A stretch of DNA of 64,000 nt from NCBI GenBank assembly GCA_028714235.1, contig JAQTMQ010000003.1, forward strand, positions 1,306-65,305, in the 5' to 3' direction. Of this stretch, positions 20,973 through 28,572 are shown one piece after another; the first letter of the stretch is position 1; each line of letters begins with the position of its first letter. The translations under genes and the position numbers were made by a program. Source of the DNA: Candidatus Iainarchaeum sp. (lineage in GTDB: Archaea; Micrarchaeota; Micrarchaeia; Burarchaeales; Fermentimicrarchaeaceae). The notes beneath the pieces are model-generated. The model did no database searches and was not told the origin of the DNA. It saw nothing but the letters and a program-made list of their open reading frames with translations.

Positions 20973-21985
20973 AGGAGCTTGGAAAGCGCGCTCACGTCTA
21001 TCTCTCCGCCGAACACGGTGGCCATTTCCTTCATGAACGTGAACGTGAGCGTGAAGTTCAGCACCGGGAGCAGTATGGAAACGATGACTATCAGGTAAAC
21101 CGGCGCCAGCATCCAGCTGATTACGTACGTCATCAAGCTGGACCAGGTCACCGTCAGGTCAAGCGACAGGATTGGCGGCGGCGTGTCGGCAAGGCCCGCC
21201 TGGTCCTGCTGGACGAGCGGTATCTCGAATAGCACGAGCATGGGGTAGACCACGTAAAGCCCGAGCATCAGCGCGAGCATCGCCGCCCCGGCCGCGCGCG
21301 TGAAGGAGAACGCGCGCAGGGCGAGCCCGATGGGAAGCAGGAGTATGAGTTTTGTGCGGATGAACGTGAGGATTATTATCTGCCCCCACAGCGAGCCGAG
21401 CCCCATGCCCGCGAACAGCGTCATCATGTTCGTGAACTCGTTTATCGGGAAGAGCCCGGCGAGCGGGGCGAGCGCGAAGCCGGTCTGGTAGGGCATGAGG
21501 TAGAGCTGGTAGCTCGTCAGCACGCCGGTCGTGAAGTTCAGTATGGTCAGGAACGATTCCCAGAGCCACATGGCGTCCCGCTTTGCGATGAGGAAGCAGG
21601 ACACGTAGTCGAACGCGGTCGAGAAAGGCGGCTTCTCGTCCGTAGAGCAGGCGTAGGAAAGGCCGGTCAGGGACACGTCAACCCAGCCGCCCCCGCCCGA
21701 GCCGATGCAGGAGGTGCATGGCGCGTCCGGCGTCGTGCCCATGGCCCCGACCTGCGCCGCGACCCCGTCGACTATCGCGAGCCCGATGAATATGAGCACT
21801 ATGAGGGCGACGCTTGCGAAGCCCTGGTAATACTCTTCCTTCGCCCAGAGCGTCACGCGGGGAATCCTGAGCCCGGCTCCCACCATGTACGCGAGCCCGG
21901 CTATCGCGAACACCGCGGAAACCGCGGCGAGAGTCACCGAATACCAGTCCGAACCCAACGCCATAATCGCACCGGAACCAATCAT
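20969..21985 (-). CDS. VirB6/CedA-like polytopic membrane protein, paralog 4
   Basis: GLAYMVGAG...TLWAKEEYYQ, GLALRAFSFTRAAGAAMLALMLGLYVVYP and TFMKEMATVFGGEID. Confidence 0.8.
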   Translation of the reverse strand: MIGSGAIMALGSDWYSVTLAAVSAVFAIAGLAYMVGAGLRIPRVTLWAKEEYYQGFASVALIVLIFIGLAIVDGVAAQVGAMGTTPDAPCTSCIGSGGGGWVDVSLTGLSYACSTDEKPPFSTAFDYVSCFLIAKRDAMWLWESFLTILNFTTGVLTSYQLYLMPYQTGFALAPLAGLFPINEFTNMMTLFAGMGLGSLWGQIIILTFIRTKLILLLPIGLALRAFSFTRAAGAAMLALMLGLYVVYPMLVLFEIPLVQQDQAGLADTPPPILSLDLTVTWSSLMTYVISWMLAPVYLIVIVSILLPVLNFTLTFTFMKEMATVFGGEIDVSALSKLL

Positions 21986-23457
21986 AACAGATGCGTCAGC
22001 CCGGCTATTTCAATGTCGCCTCCGAGCAGCGGCGAAAGCGTCTTGATGAACGAAACCGTCACCAGTCCTATTATTATCGGAATCATGAAGCCGGGCACGA
22101 TGAGCTGCCCGACGACCGAGATGACCTTGTAGAGCCACGCGAACTCGAGCTCGATGTTCAGCGGGTCCCGGTCGAAAATCCCCATCAGCTCGGGCCCGAC
22201 GCCAATCGTGAGTATCGTGGCCACCTGGGGCGTGCAGAAACGGACCGGGCAAACCTCCTTCCTGTACTGCTCGGCCGCCTCCGGGGTTTTCAGCCAGTCC
22301 GAAGCCGACGCCCACCACGGCCGCGTCGTGTCGCAGGTGCAGCTTTGGACGTCCCACTTGTCAAGCCAGAGCTGCGACTCGTCGAACATGTAGTTGTCCA
22401 TGAGGAGGATGTACATGAGCGGGTAAACCGTGTACAGCCCTATCGCTACCGCCATCAGGAGCCCGCCGAGCCGCCTCGTGAAGAAAAGCGTGCGCAGGAT
22501 TATGCCGAGGGCGAGCAGCACCGGGAAAACGGATTCCTGGATCATGCGGAGCATGAATTCCTGCGCGATGAAGCTCGCAATCCACGAGAAAAGGAACGGC
22601 ATTATGCCCGCAACCGCCTCGGAAAGCATCGTGACCCCGGCGTAAGGGCTGACGCTGAAGCCGAAGGCGAGGTGGCACGGAATCGGGCACGGGAACACCG
22701 GCATCTGCCCTGTTTCCTGGTTCGGGGAGATGTCAATGAACTTGCTGAACCCGGAAAGCGCCCTCATGCGGATGTTCAGGTTGAGCAGGTTGTCCGCCTG
22801 GATGACCATCGCGCCCTGCGAGAAGTTGAGGATTTTCCTCGCGCACGTTATGTGGTAATTCGGGTCGGACGGGGCGGTCGGCATCGCGCCGAAAGGCGAG
22901 ATGCCTCCGGCCTGCATGCTCGCGGGAAGCTCGCCGATGAGGTTCGCGCAGCTGAGCGTGCACCGGTTGTTGACGCACGTGAAGCCGTTGCTGCACGCCG
23001 CCGCGCCCCCGCCGGACGGAGTGATGCACAGCTGGCCGAGCGGGCAGTCCAGGTCCTGCGCGCATCTCGCGGGCTCTCCGGGCGGGCGGCAGTCCGCGTC
23101 GCCGCCGCAGGCTTCCGGGAACGGCGAAACCGCGGTTTTTGACGCGGCAAGCTGGCCGGAGAGGTTGCCGAGGCCGTACACGAAACCGATTACGAGCGTG
23201 AGTATGAGCAGGCTCGCGATTCCCTGGTAAAGCTCGTCCTTCGCCCACACGGTCAGCCTGCGCAGCCCGAAGCCCATCCCTATCATGTACGGGATTGCGG
23301 GAAAGAAGAGCGCTATCACCGCGGCGGTGAGCGCGACCGCGCCCCAGTTCTCCCCGTTTGCGCCCCAGATGTCGGAAAAGGTCGTGGGCGACGCTGCGCA
23401 AGCGGCGCATGCGAACAATGAGAGCGCGAGCAACGCGGTTCGCGGCGAAATCCCCAT
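21982..23457 (-). CDS. VirB6/CedA-like polytopic membrane protein, paralog 3, with Cys-rich insert (start corrected to ATG 23457)
   Basis: TVWAKDELYQ, GIILRTLFFTRRLGGLLMAVAIGLYTVYP and SFIKTLSPLLGGDIE. Insert CGGDADC...CAQDLDCPLGQLC...CVNNRC. Confidence 0.8.
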   Translation of the reverse strand: MGISPRTALLALSLFACAACAASPTTFSDIWGANGENWGAVALTAAVIALFFPAIPYMIGMGFGLRRLTVWAKDELYQGIASLLILTLVIGFVYGLGNLSGQLAASKTAVSPFPEACGGDADCRPPGEPARCAQDLDCPLGQLCITPSGGGAAACSNGFTCVNNRCTLSCANLIGELPASMQAGGISPFGAMPTAPSDPNYHITCARKILNFSQGAMVIQADNLLNLNIRMRALSGFSKFIDISPNQETGQMPVFPCPIPCHLAFGFSVSPYAGVTMLSEAVAGIMPFLFSWIASFIAQEFMLRMIQESVFPVLLALGIILRTLFFTRRLGGLLMAVAIGLYTVYPLMYILLMDNYMFDESQLWLDKWDVQSCTCDTTRPWWASASDWLKTPEAAEQYRKEVCPVRFCTPQVATILTIGVGPELMGIFDRDPLNIELEFAWLYKVISVVGQLIVPGFMIPIIIGLVTVSFIKTLSPLLGGDIEIAGLTHLL

Positions 23458-23462
23458 CCAAA

Positions 23463-24473
23463 TCAACCGAACGGCGACGGAAAGTTTTGCGAGAAGACTT
23501 TCGTCATGCTCTTGATGAACGCGTAAAGTATGGCGAGGTCGAGCAGGGGCAGGAACACCGCCTGCGGCACGAGGATGGCGACTTTCTGCACCTGCTCCAT
23601 GGGCGCGAACATCTGGATGACCGAGCGCAAGGCGTTGAATGCTGCGAACGGGCCGACGAACACCGATGCCGAGCCGCCCGCCTGCCCCCAGTCGCTCGCG
23701 CTCTCGTACGCGAAGCCGACGTCCCCGATGCTTGCGACCACGGCGCCGTTGAACACGTAGAGCATGGGCCACACGATGTACGCGCCGAGCCCTATCGCGA
23801 TGAACGCCGCCCCCGCCGTCCTGAGGAACGGGAACACGCGGAAGAACACGCCCATCGGGAGCACTATCTTGAACGCCACCGCCTGCGCAAGGTTGAGGAG
23901 AATCTCCTGCAGGAGGAGCGACGAGAAAAGGGTCGAGGCCAGCAGGAAAAGGAAGTTCAGGAGCGCGTTTATCGCGCTCAGCCCCGCAAGCGGCTGGAAG
24001 CCGCTGGGCGGCGCGCCGACCGGGACGAAGAACGCGCCTGCGACGGAAGCGTAGATGGCGAGCAGGAAAAGCTCCATTGCCACGTTCAGGGTTTTCTGCC
24101 ATATCAGGTCGTTCAGGTAGCTCCTCGCCGCGGAGAACGGGTCGCCGCCCGCAAGCGAGAACGTGGCCGTGCACGCGATTACCCCGAGCGAGGACACGAG
24201 GTAGATTATGAAGAAGGATATGAGCGCCTGGTAGAATTCGTCCTTGACCCAGAGAATCCAGTCAAGCCTCGAGAGGAGCACCGCGGACATGTAGACGATG
24301 GAAAGGAAGAGCATTATCGCCATGATGCCGGACAGCGCGAGCGAAATCCACGTGCCCCCGCCCTGCGTCCACTCCGAATCAAGCGTGCAGAGCTCCGCCG
24401 CATGGCACGTGCCGCACAGCGCAAGCAGTAGGAAAACCGCGGCTGCAAACGTTTTCATGCGGCGCGGATTCAT
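23463..24473 (-). CDS. VirB6/CedA-like polytopic membrane protein, paralog 2 (start probably ATG 24473 or 24458)
   Basis: ILWVKDEFYQ, GVFFRVFPFLRTAGAAFIAIGLGAYIVWP and AFIKSMTKVF. Confidence 0.8.
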   Translation of the reverse strand: MNPRRMKTFAAAVFLLLALCGTCHAAELCTLDSEWTQGGGTWISLALSGIMAIMLFLSIVYMSAVLLSRLDWILWVKDEFYQALISFFIIYLVSSLGVIACTATFSLAGGDPFSAARSYLNDLIWQKTLNVAMELFLLAIYASVAGAFFVPVGAPPSGFQPLAGLSAINALLNFLFLLASTLFSSLLLQEILLNLAQAVAFKIVLPMGVFFRVFPFLRTAGAAFIAIGLGAYIVWPMLYVFNGAVVASIGDVGFAYESASDWGQAGGSASVFVGPFAAFNALRSVIQMFAPMEQVQKVAILVPQAVFLPLLDLAILYAFIKSMTKVFSQNFPSPFG

Positions 24474-24477
24474 CCAA

Positions 24478-25566
24478 TCACAGCCCGAGCTTTGACATGC
24501 CGAACACCTGCGGGTCCCCGCCGAGCGCAACCGCAAGCGACCTGAACGCGGTCACGGTGATTATGAAGTCCAGGATGAAGAGCAGCATTATGGAAACGAA
24601 CAGCTGCACCGCCGGGCGGAGGACGTTGACCACCGCGTGCACGTTCTGGCCGCTGAGTATCGCGAACGGCGTGAGGATGCTGCCCAGCAGGAATCCCGTG
24701 ATGCCGCCGAGGAGCGACCCCGGGCTGACGACCTGGAGGAGCACGGGGTCGAACGCGTAAAGCATGAATATCTCGTTTGAAAGCGCGAGGGCCAGCGGGT
24801 AGACGAAATACAGGGTGAGCGCCATCGCGATTACGGTGCTCCCGAGCCTCCTCGTGAAGGTGAAGGAGCGCATCACGAGCCCAAGGGGAAGGAAGAACGA
24901 GAGCATGTGGTTTTCCGCAAACGTCAGCAGGATGAACTGCGCGGCCACCGCGAAATACGCGCTGAAAAGCACGGAAAAGAAGGGCCGGAGCCCTGAAAGT
25001 ATGTCGCTGAGTCCCGAAAGCAGTGCGACGCGCGTGCCGTCGCGAACGTAAACGACGACCGCTCCGGGGGCGAGCAACGGAAGCGGGATGGGGATGAACA
25101 TGCTCACCGAAAACGAGCTCAGCATCGCGTACTCCTGTATCGTGCCGACAGAGTTCGTGAGCACCGTCGCGACGCTGCCTTGCGCGCGGTCAAGGTACGC
25201 CCTCCCGGCCTGGATGTGGTCGCCGCCCGTCAGCGCAATCGAGATGTCGCCGACGGCAATGACGAGCGTGAAGACCACCGCGAGAAGGAACAGGTTGAGC
25301 ACGGCCTCGAAGAACTCGTTTTTCGCCCATTCCGTAATCTTGCCGAGCCCGAACGCCGCGCCCATCATGTAGGCGAGCCCTGCGAACATGAAGCCGAGCG
25401 ACGCGGCGAGAAGCGCGGTCGGCACCCAGTCGCCGAAAATTGCGGCGCTCGGGGGCAGCGCCTGCGGGGTCGCGGACGCCTGGGGCGTCGCCGGGCACGC
25501 GGCCGGGGGGAGGATGGCGAGCAACGCTAGCAAGGCGGCTAACGCGCGAAAACGTGCTGGCGGCAT
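24478..25566 (-). CDS. VirB6/CedA-like polytopic membrane protein, paralog 1
   Basis: AGLAYMMGAAFGLGKITEWAKNEFFE, GLVMRSFTFTRRLGSTVIAMALTLYFVYP and TAFRSLAVALGGD. Confidence 0.8.
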   Translation of the reverse strand: MPPARFRALAALLALLAILPPAACPATPQASATPQALPPSAAIFGDWVPTALLAASLGFMFAGLAYMMGAAFGLGKITEWAKNEFFEAVLNLFLLAVVFTLVIAVGDISIALTGGDHIQAGRAYLDRAQGSVATVLTNSVGTIQEYAMLSSFSVSMFIPIPLPLLAPGAVVVYVRDGTRVALLSGLSDILSGLRPFFSVLFSAYFAVAAQFILLTFAENHMLSFFLPLGLVMRSFTFTRRLGSTVIAMALTLYFVYPLALALSNEIFMLYAFDPVLLQVVSPGSLLGGITGFLLGSILTPFAILSGQNVHAVVNVLRPAVQLFVSIMLLFILDFIITVTAFRSLAVALGGDPQVFGMSKLGL

Positions 25567-25588
25567 CGGTGGGAATTAGGCGCGCATC

Positions 25589-25600
25589 TTTTATTATAAT
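25589..25600 (-). promoter_or_regulatory. Putative TATA box (TTATAATAAAA) for the membrane-protein/ATPase operon
   Basis: AT-rich box ~25-30 nt upstream of ATG 25566. Confidence 0.55.
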
Positions 25601-25668
25601 GTTTGCAGGGCCGGCGGCCGCGCCCCTGCCGCCCGATGGAAACGGAAACCGGAAAACTAGGGATTTGG

Positions 25669-25687
25669 AAAAGAAACGGAAAAAAAG
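25669..25687 (-). terminator. Putative oligo-U archaeal terminator after the pilin genes
   Basis: The minus strand has a T7 run followed by further T-runs ~40 nt after the stop of the last pilin. Confidence 0.5.
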
Positions 25688-25727
25688 ATGGGACGGGCCA
25701 AACCGCGTCTGGCCCCTGGCTCGGCGT

Positions 25728-26042
25728 TCAGGAACCGCTCATTCCCACGAGGAAGTCAACAAGGAACGGGGCTATGATGACTATCAGGATTCCGACTACC
25801 CCCCCGACAATCATCGCCATCGCCCAGTTCTGTGCCTTCTGCCTAGTCGCCGCGTCGAATACCTGCCCTACCGCGTACACGAGCCCCGCGAGGATGAAGA
25901 GTGCGAGCACGACTATGGGAACGATGTCCTTAATCAGCTGCACCAAATCCAGGAGCGACGTGTTGATGTTGCTCGCCAGACGCGAAGTGGCAAAAACTGC
26001 GCCGCTTGCAAGAAGCGGCGCCAGTGCGCGAAACGACCTCAT
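25728..26042 (-). CDS. VirB2/TrbC/CedA1-like pilin 3 (104 aa; start corrected to ATG 26042)
   Basis: Leader plus a two-helix hydrophobic hairpin VLALFILAGLVYAVGQVFDAATRQKAQNWAMAMIVGGVVGILIVIIAP. GGTGA SD upstream. Confidence 0.75.
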   Translation of the reverse strand: MRSFRALAPLLASGAVFATSRLASNINTSLLDLVQLIKDIVPIVVLALFILAGLVYAVGQVFDAATRQKAQNWAMAMIVGGVVGILIVIIAPFLVDFLVGMSGS

Positions 26043-26065
26043 ACCAGTCACCGGTACCTGCCCGC

Positions 26066-26413
26066 TTAGCAGATTGGAACCGAGGCTCCCGAAAGCGCGG
26101 GCACGAACGCACCGATTATGATTGGCGCGATCACCGCGAGTATGATGCCGATTATGCCGCCGAGTATGAGCGACATCGCCCAGCCCTGTGCCTTCGCCTT
26201 CGTCTCGGCGCCGAACGCCTGGCCTGCGGCGTACGCGAGCCCAGCAAGGAAGAAGAGCACGAGCGCCAGCGTCGGAAGCACGGCAACCACGATCTGCTTG
26301 ACAGAGCACAGCGCCGAGTTGATTGGGCCGACGCTGATGGTGCTCGTCGCGAACGCGAGTCCGCTGAACGCAGCCAACACTAATGCCAACATTGCATATC
26401 TTTGCAGTTTCAT
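26066..26413 (-). CDS. VirB2/TrbC/CedA1-like pilin 2 (115 aa)
   Basis: Signal peptide ending AFA, then hairpin LALVLFFLAGLAYAAGQAFGAETKAKAQGWAMSLILGGIIG. Confidence 0.8.
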   Translation of the reverse strand: MKLQRYAMLALVLAAFSGLAFATSTISVGPINSALCSVKQIVVAVLPTLALVLFFLAGLAYAAGQAFGAETKAKAQGWAMSLILGGIIGIILAVIAPIIIGAFVPALSGASVPIC

Positions 26414-26812
26414 CCCTTACCCCCCCATAGCGGCCAACCGCGGCTTCCGTGCCGCGACGGCGCTAATCCTGAACCAGAATTGTGCATTCCGTACTATTTA
26501 AACCTTTCCATGAGTGTATTAATGTACGCCTCATGCGCAGGTTGGAACCGAGGCTCCCGAGAGCGCGGGCACGAACGCACCGACCATTATCGGCGCCATC
26601 ACGGCAAGCATTATGCCGACTATCCCGCCCACGATGAGGGACATCGCCCAGTTTTGCGCGCGCGCCTTTGTCTCGGCGCCGAAGACCTGCCCGGCGGCGT
26701 ACGCGAGCCCGGCAAGGAAGAAGAGCACGAGCGCGAGCGTCGGCAGGACCTGCACCACGATCATCCGGACGGAGCATAGGGCCGCCGTTATCGGGCCCGT
26801 GCTGATTGAGCT
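26074..26812. repeat. Imperfect direct repeat (~270 nt; 26074-26344 vs 26542-26812, offset 468) from the pilin gene duplication
   Basis: For example ttggaaccgaggctcccgaaagcgcgggcacgaacgcaccg vs ttggaaccgaggctcccgagagcgcgggcacgaacgcaccg, and gcaaggaagaagagcacgagcgc occurs in both copies. Confidence 0.9.
26495..26503 (-). promoter_or_regulatory. Putative TATA box (TTTAAATA) upstream of pilin 2
   Basis: Consensus-like archaeal TATA box in the AT-rich spacer between pilins 1 and 2. Confidence 0.5.
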
Positions 26813-26887
26813 GGACGCAAAGGCAACTGCGCTGAATGAAACCAGCATTGACAGCAGCAGAACGGACCTTTTTGGTTTCATGAACAT
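26531..26887 (-). CDS. VirB2/TrbC/CedA1-like pilin 1 (~118 aa)
   Basis: Signal peptide ending AFA. Mature part nearly identical to pilin 2. Purine-rich SD before ATG 26887. Confidence 0.8.
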   Translation of the reverse strand: MFMKPKRSVLLLSMLVSFSAVAFASSSISTGPITAALCSVRMIVVQVLPTLALVLFFLAGLAYAAGQVFGAETKARAQNWAMSLIVGGIVGIMLAVMAPIMVGAFVPALSGASVPTCA

Positions 26888-26942
26888 CCCCTTTCGCGGC
26901 GGAGCATTCACTTTCCCGCCGCTGCCTGCTTATGGGTAAAGG

Positions 26943-26952
26943 ATTATTTAAG
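26943..26952 (-). promoter_or_regulatory. Putative TATA box (TTAAATAA) upstream of pilin 1
   Basis: AT-rich box in the divergent intergenic region. Confidence 0.5.
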
Positions 26953-27018
26953 CCTATCCCAGATTCGGGCGGTTTTGGGCGCGAAAGGCGTTTATAGGAC
27001 AAAATTGAAATTGTTTCC

Positions 27019-27630
27019 ATGCATGGGAAGGGCTCGTCGCGCAAGCGCTCGGTTGACGCTTTCCTCAAGTCGCACGGCAGGACGGCCAAGGAGATTGACG
27101 AGAGCGAGCTCCGCGCGCTCGCCGGCCCGGAAAGCCGCCCGCGGAAGGGGAAGGCGGCGCCGGGCCCGGCTTCCGGCGGGGGCGCGGCGGACGGGCCGGG
27201 AAGCCCGCGCGACGCGGTTGACGGCCTTGACTGGCGGATAAGCCCGGAAAAGGACGTGGAAAAGGGCGCCGGCACGCCGTTCGTGGCTTTCTCCTTCATT
27301 TTGTTCGCCGCGGCGGCTGCGGCCGGGGCTTGCGTCATGCTCCTGCTTTTGCCTGGGCGCGTCGGGTCCTCGCTTGCGAGGGCCGCGCCGTTCATTGACG
27401 TCAGGAGCGGGATGACGCTCGCGGGATTCGTTTCGGCCAACCCGCTCTGCTTTATCGGCGGGGTGCTTGCGCTCGTCGGCTTCCAGGCGCTGTATTACGC
27501 GTTCAACCTGCTTGCGAAGAAGAGGAAGGGCGGCGGCTACGAGCGGAAGGGAGTGACGCTGTCCATCCTGCTTTCCGTCGCAACGCTTGCCGCTGCGCTG
27601 GCGTTCGCATGGTATTTCAACCTTGTCTAG
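27019..27630 (+). CDS. Hypothetical membrane protein (3 C-terminal TMs)
   Basis: 203-aa ORF divergent from the pilins, with TTTATA upstream. Confidence 0.65.
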   Translation: MHGKGSSRKRSVDAFLKSHGRTAKEIDESELRALAGPESRPRKGKAAPGPASGGGAADGPGSPRDAVDGLDWRISPEKDVEKGAGTPFVAFSFILFAAAAAAGACVMLLLLPGRVGSSLARAAPFIDVRSGMTLAGFVSANPLCFIGGVLALVGFQALYYAFNLLAKKRKGGGYERKGVTLSILLSVATLAAALAFAWYFNLV

Positions 27631-27684
27631 GGGGCGGCATGAACCGGCCTGCGCCGCATCCCCCCCTTGCCCTGGACCGCGTTC

Positions 27685-28416
27685 TCATCTAAGGATGGTG
27701 TACTTCGTCAGGTAGATTTGGGTCTGGTACATTACCAGGAACGGCATTATGAACAGCGAGTTTGCGACGAGGACCAGGACCTGGGTGAAAGGGATGACCG
27801 CGCGGAGGTTCATGAACAGGAGGTCGATTGCCGAGATTGACGCGATTGCGAGCAGGAGCCAGAGCAGCACGAGCTTGGGCTGCTTCCCGATGACCGCGAC
27901 GCTTGTCTTGAGCGCCTGGAACGGGGCCTGCTCGTCTATGACGATTGCGGCGGGCGCGAAGAACAGTGGCGCCGAGACGATTATGCCGGCAACCGGGAGG
28001 AACCAGTTGTTGAGGGCGAACTCGTACCCCACGAGGTCCACGATGAGCAGGAGCGCCCACGCGGTGAGGTAAAGCCAGAACACGTTGAGCACGTATTTGC
28101 CTATGCTGTTGATCACTTCCTTCTTCACGCTCGTGAAGGTGCGCTGGGACTTGATTACCAGGTTTATCGCGACGATGGCGAACGACACGAGGAACAGCGA
28201 CAGGAGGAACGCTGCGACGATGACCGCCGCGTCGAGCATGGTGAGGTCCACGTACATGCTGCCCGTGCGGAGGAACGTCGCCCCGAGGGCGAGGTAGGTC
28301 GGCATCGGCGACAGGAGGGGTATCGCGAATGCGAGCAGGAAGGGTATCGAGAAGAACGATACTATTTGGACGTTGTCAAAATACGCGTCCGCAGTGAGTT
28401 TCAGCGTGTCTGCCAT
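27685..28416 (-). CDS. Polytopic membrane protein of unknown function (~6 TMs)
   Basis: Hydrophobic ORF (LFFAPAAIVIDE...ALKTS motif seen in small ABC-associated/DUF membrane proteins). Start placed at MADT. Confidence 0.75.
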   Translation of the reverse strand: MADTLKLTADAYFDNVQIVSFFSIPFLLAFAIPLLSPMPTYLALGATFLRTGSMYVDLTMLDAAVIVAAFLLSLFLVSFAIVAINLVIKSQRTFTSVKKEVINSIGKYVLNVFWLYLTAWALLLIVDLVGYEFALNNWFLPVAGIIVSAPLFFAPAAIVIDEQAPFQALKTSVAVIGKQPKLVLLWLLLAIASISAIDLLFMNLRAVIPFTQVLVLVANSLFIMPFLVMYQTQIYLTKYTILR

Positions 28417-28572
28417 CTTGAACCGTAGTTTATTTTTTGGCCGCAATTTATATAGCTTTTCAGCGCGTGCCGCTGAAGCGCGCGTTTCAGGCGGGCGCGG
28501 GAGCGCGCGGCCGATTCCGGTTTGGCGCGCGATTTATTAAACTTGGAACCGGCTTAACTGTCCGGGTTTTCC

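Noticed and set aside
23458-24174. N-terminal extensions of track ORFs 21982..24174, 17900..18988, 25728..26309, 39923..41371 and 48961..50115
   Set aside because: The extensions overlap neighbouring real genes and are low-complexity. Paralog alignment and SD/TATA positions support the later starts.
26074-26812. Direct repeat as a CRISPR array or mobile-element end
   Set aside because: It has two long imperfect copies lying entirely within paralogous pilin coding sequences, with no repeat-spacer periodicity.
25728-26887. Type IV pilins or archaellins
   Set aside because: No class III signal peptide (K/R-G then hydrophobic). Instead there is a Sec-type leader plus a two-helix hairpin as in VirB2/CedA1, and no PilB/TadC genes nearby.
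1-27000. Integrated conjugative element or provirus
   Set aside because: No integrase, relaxase, capsid gene or tRNA/att site is visible, and composition resembles the rest of the window. The left boundary is unseen, so this is not fully excluded.
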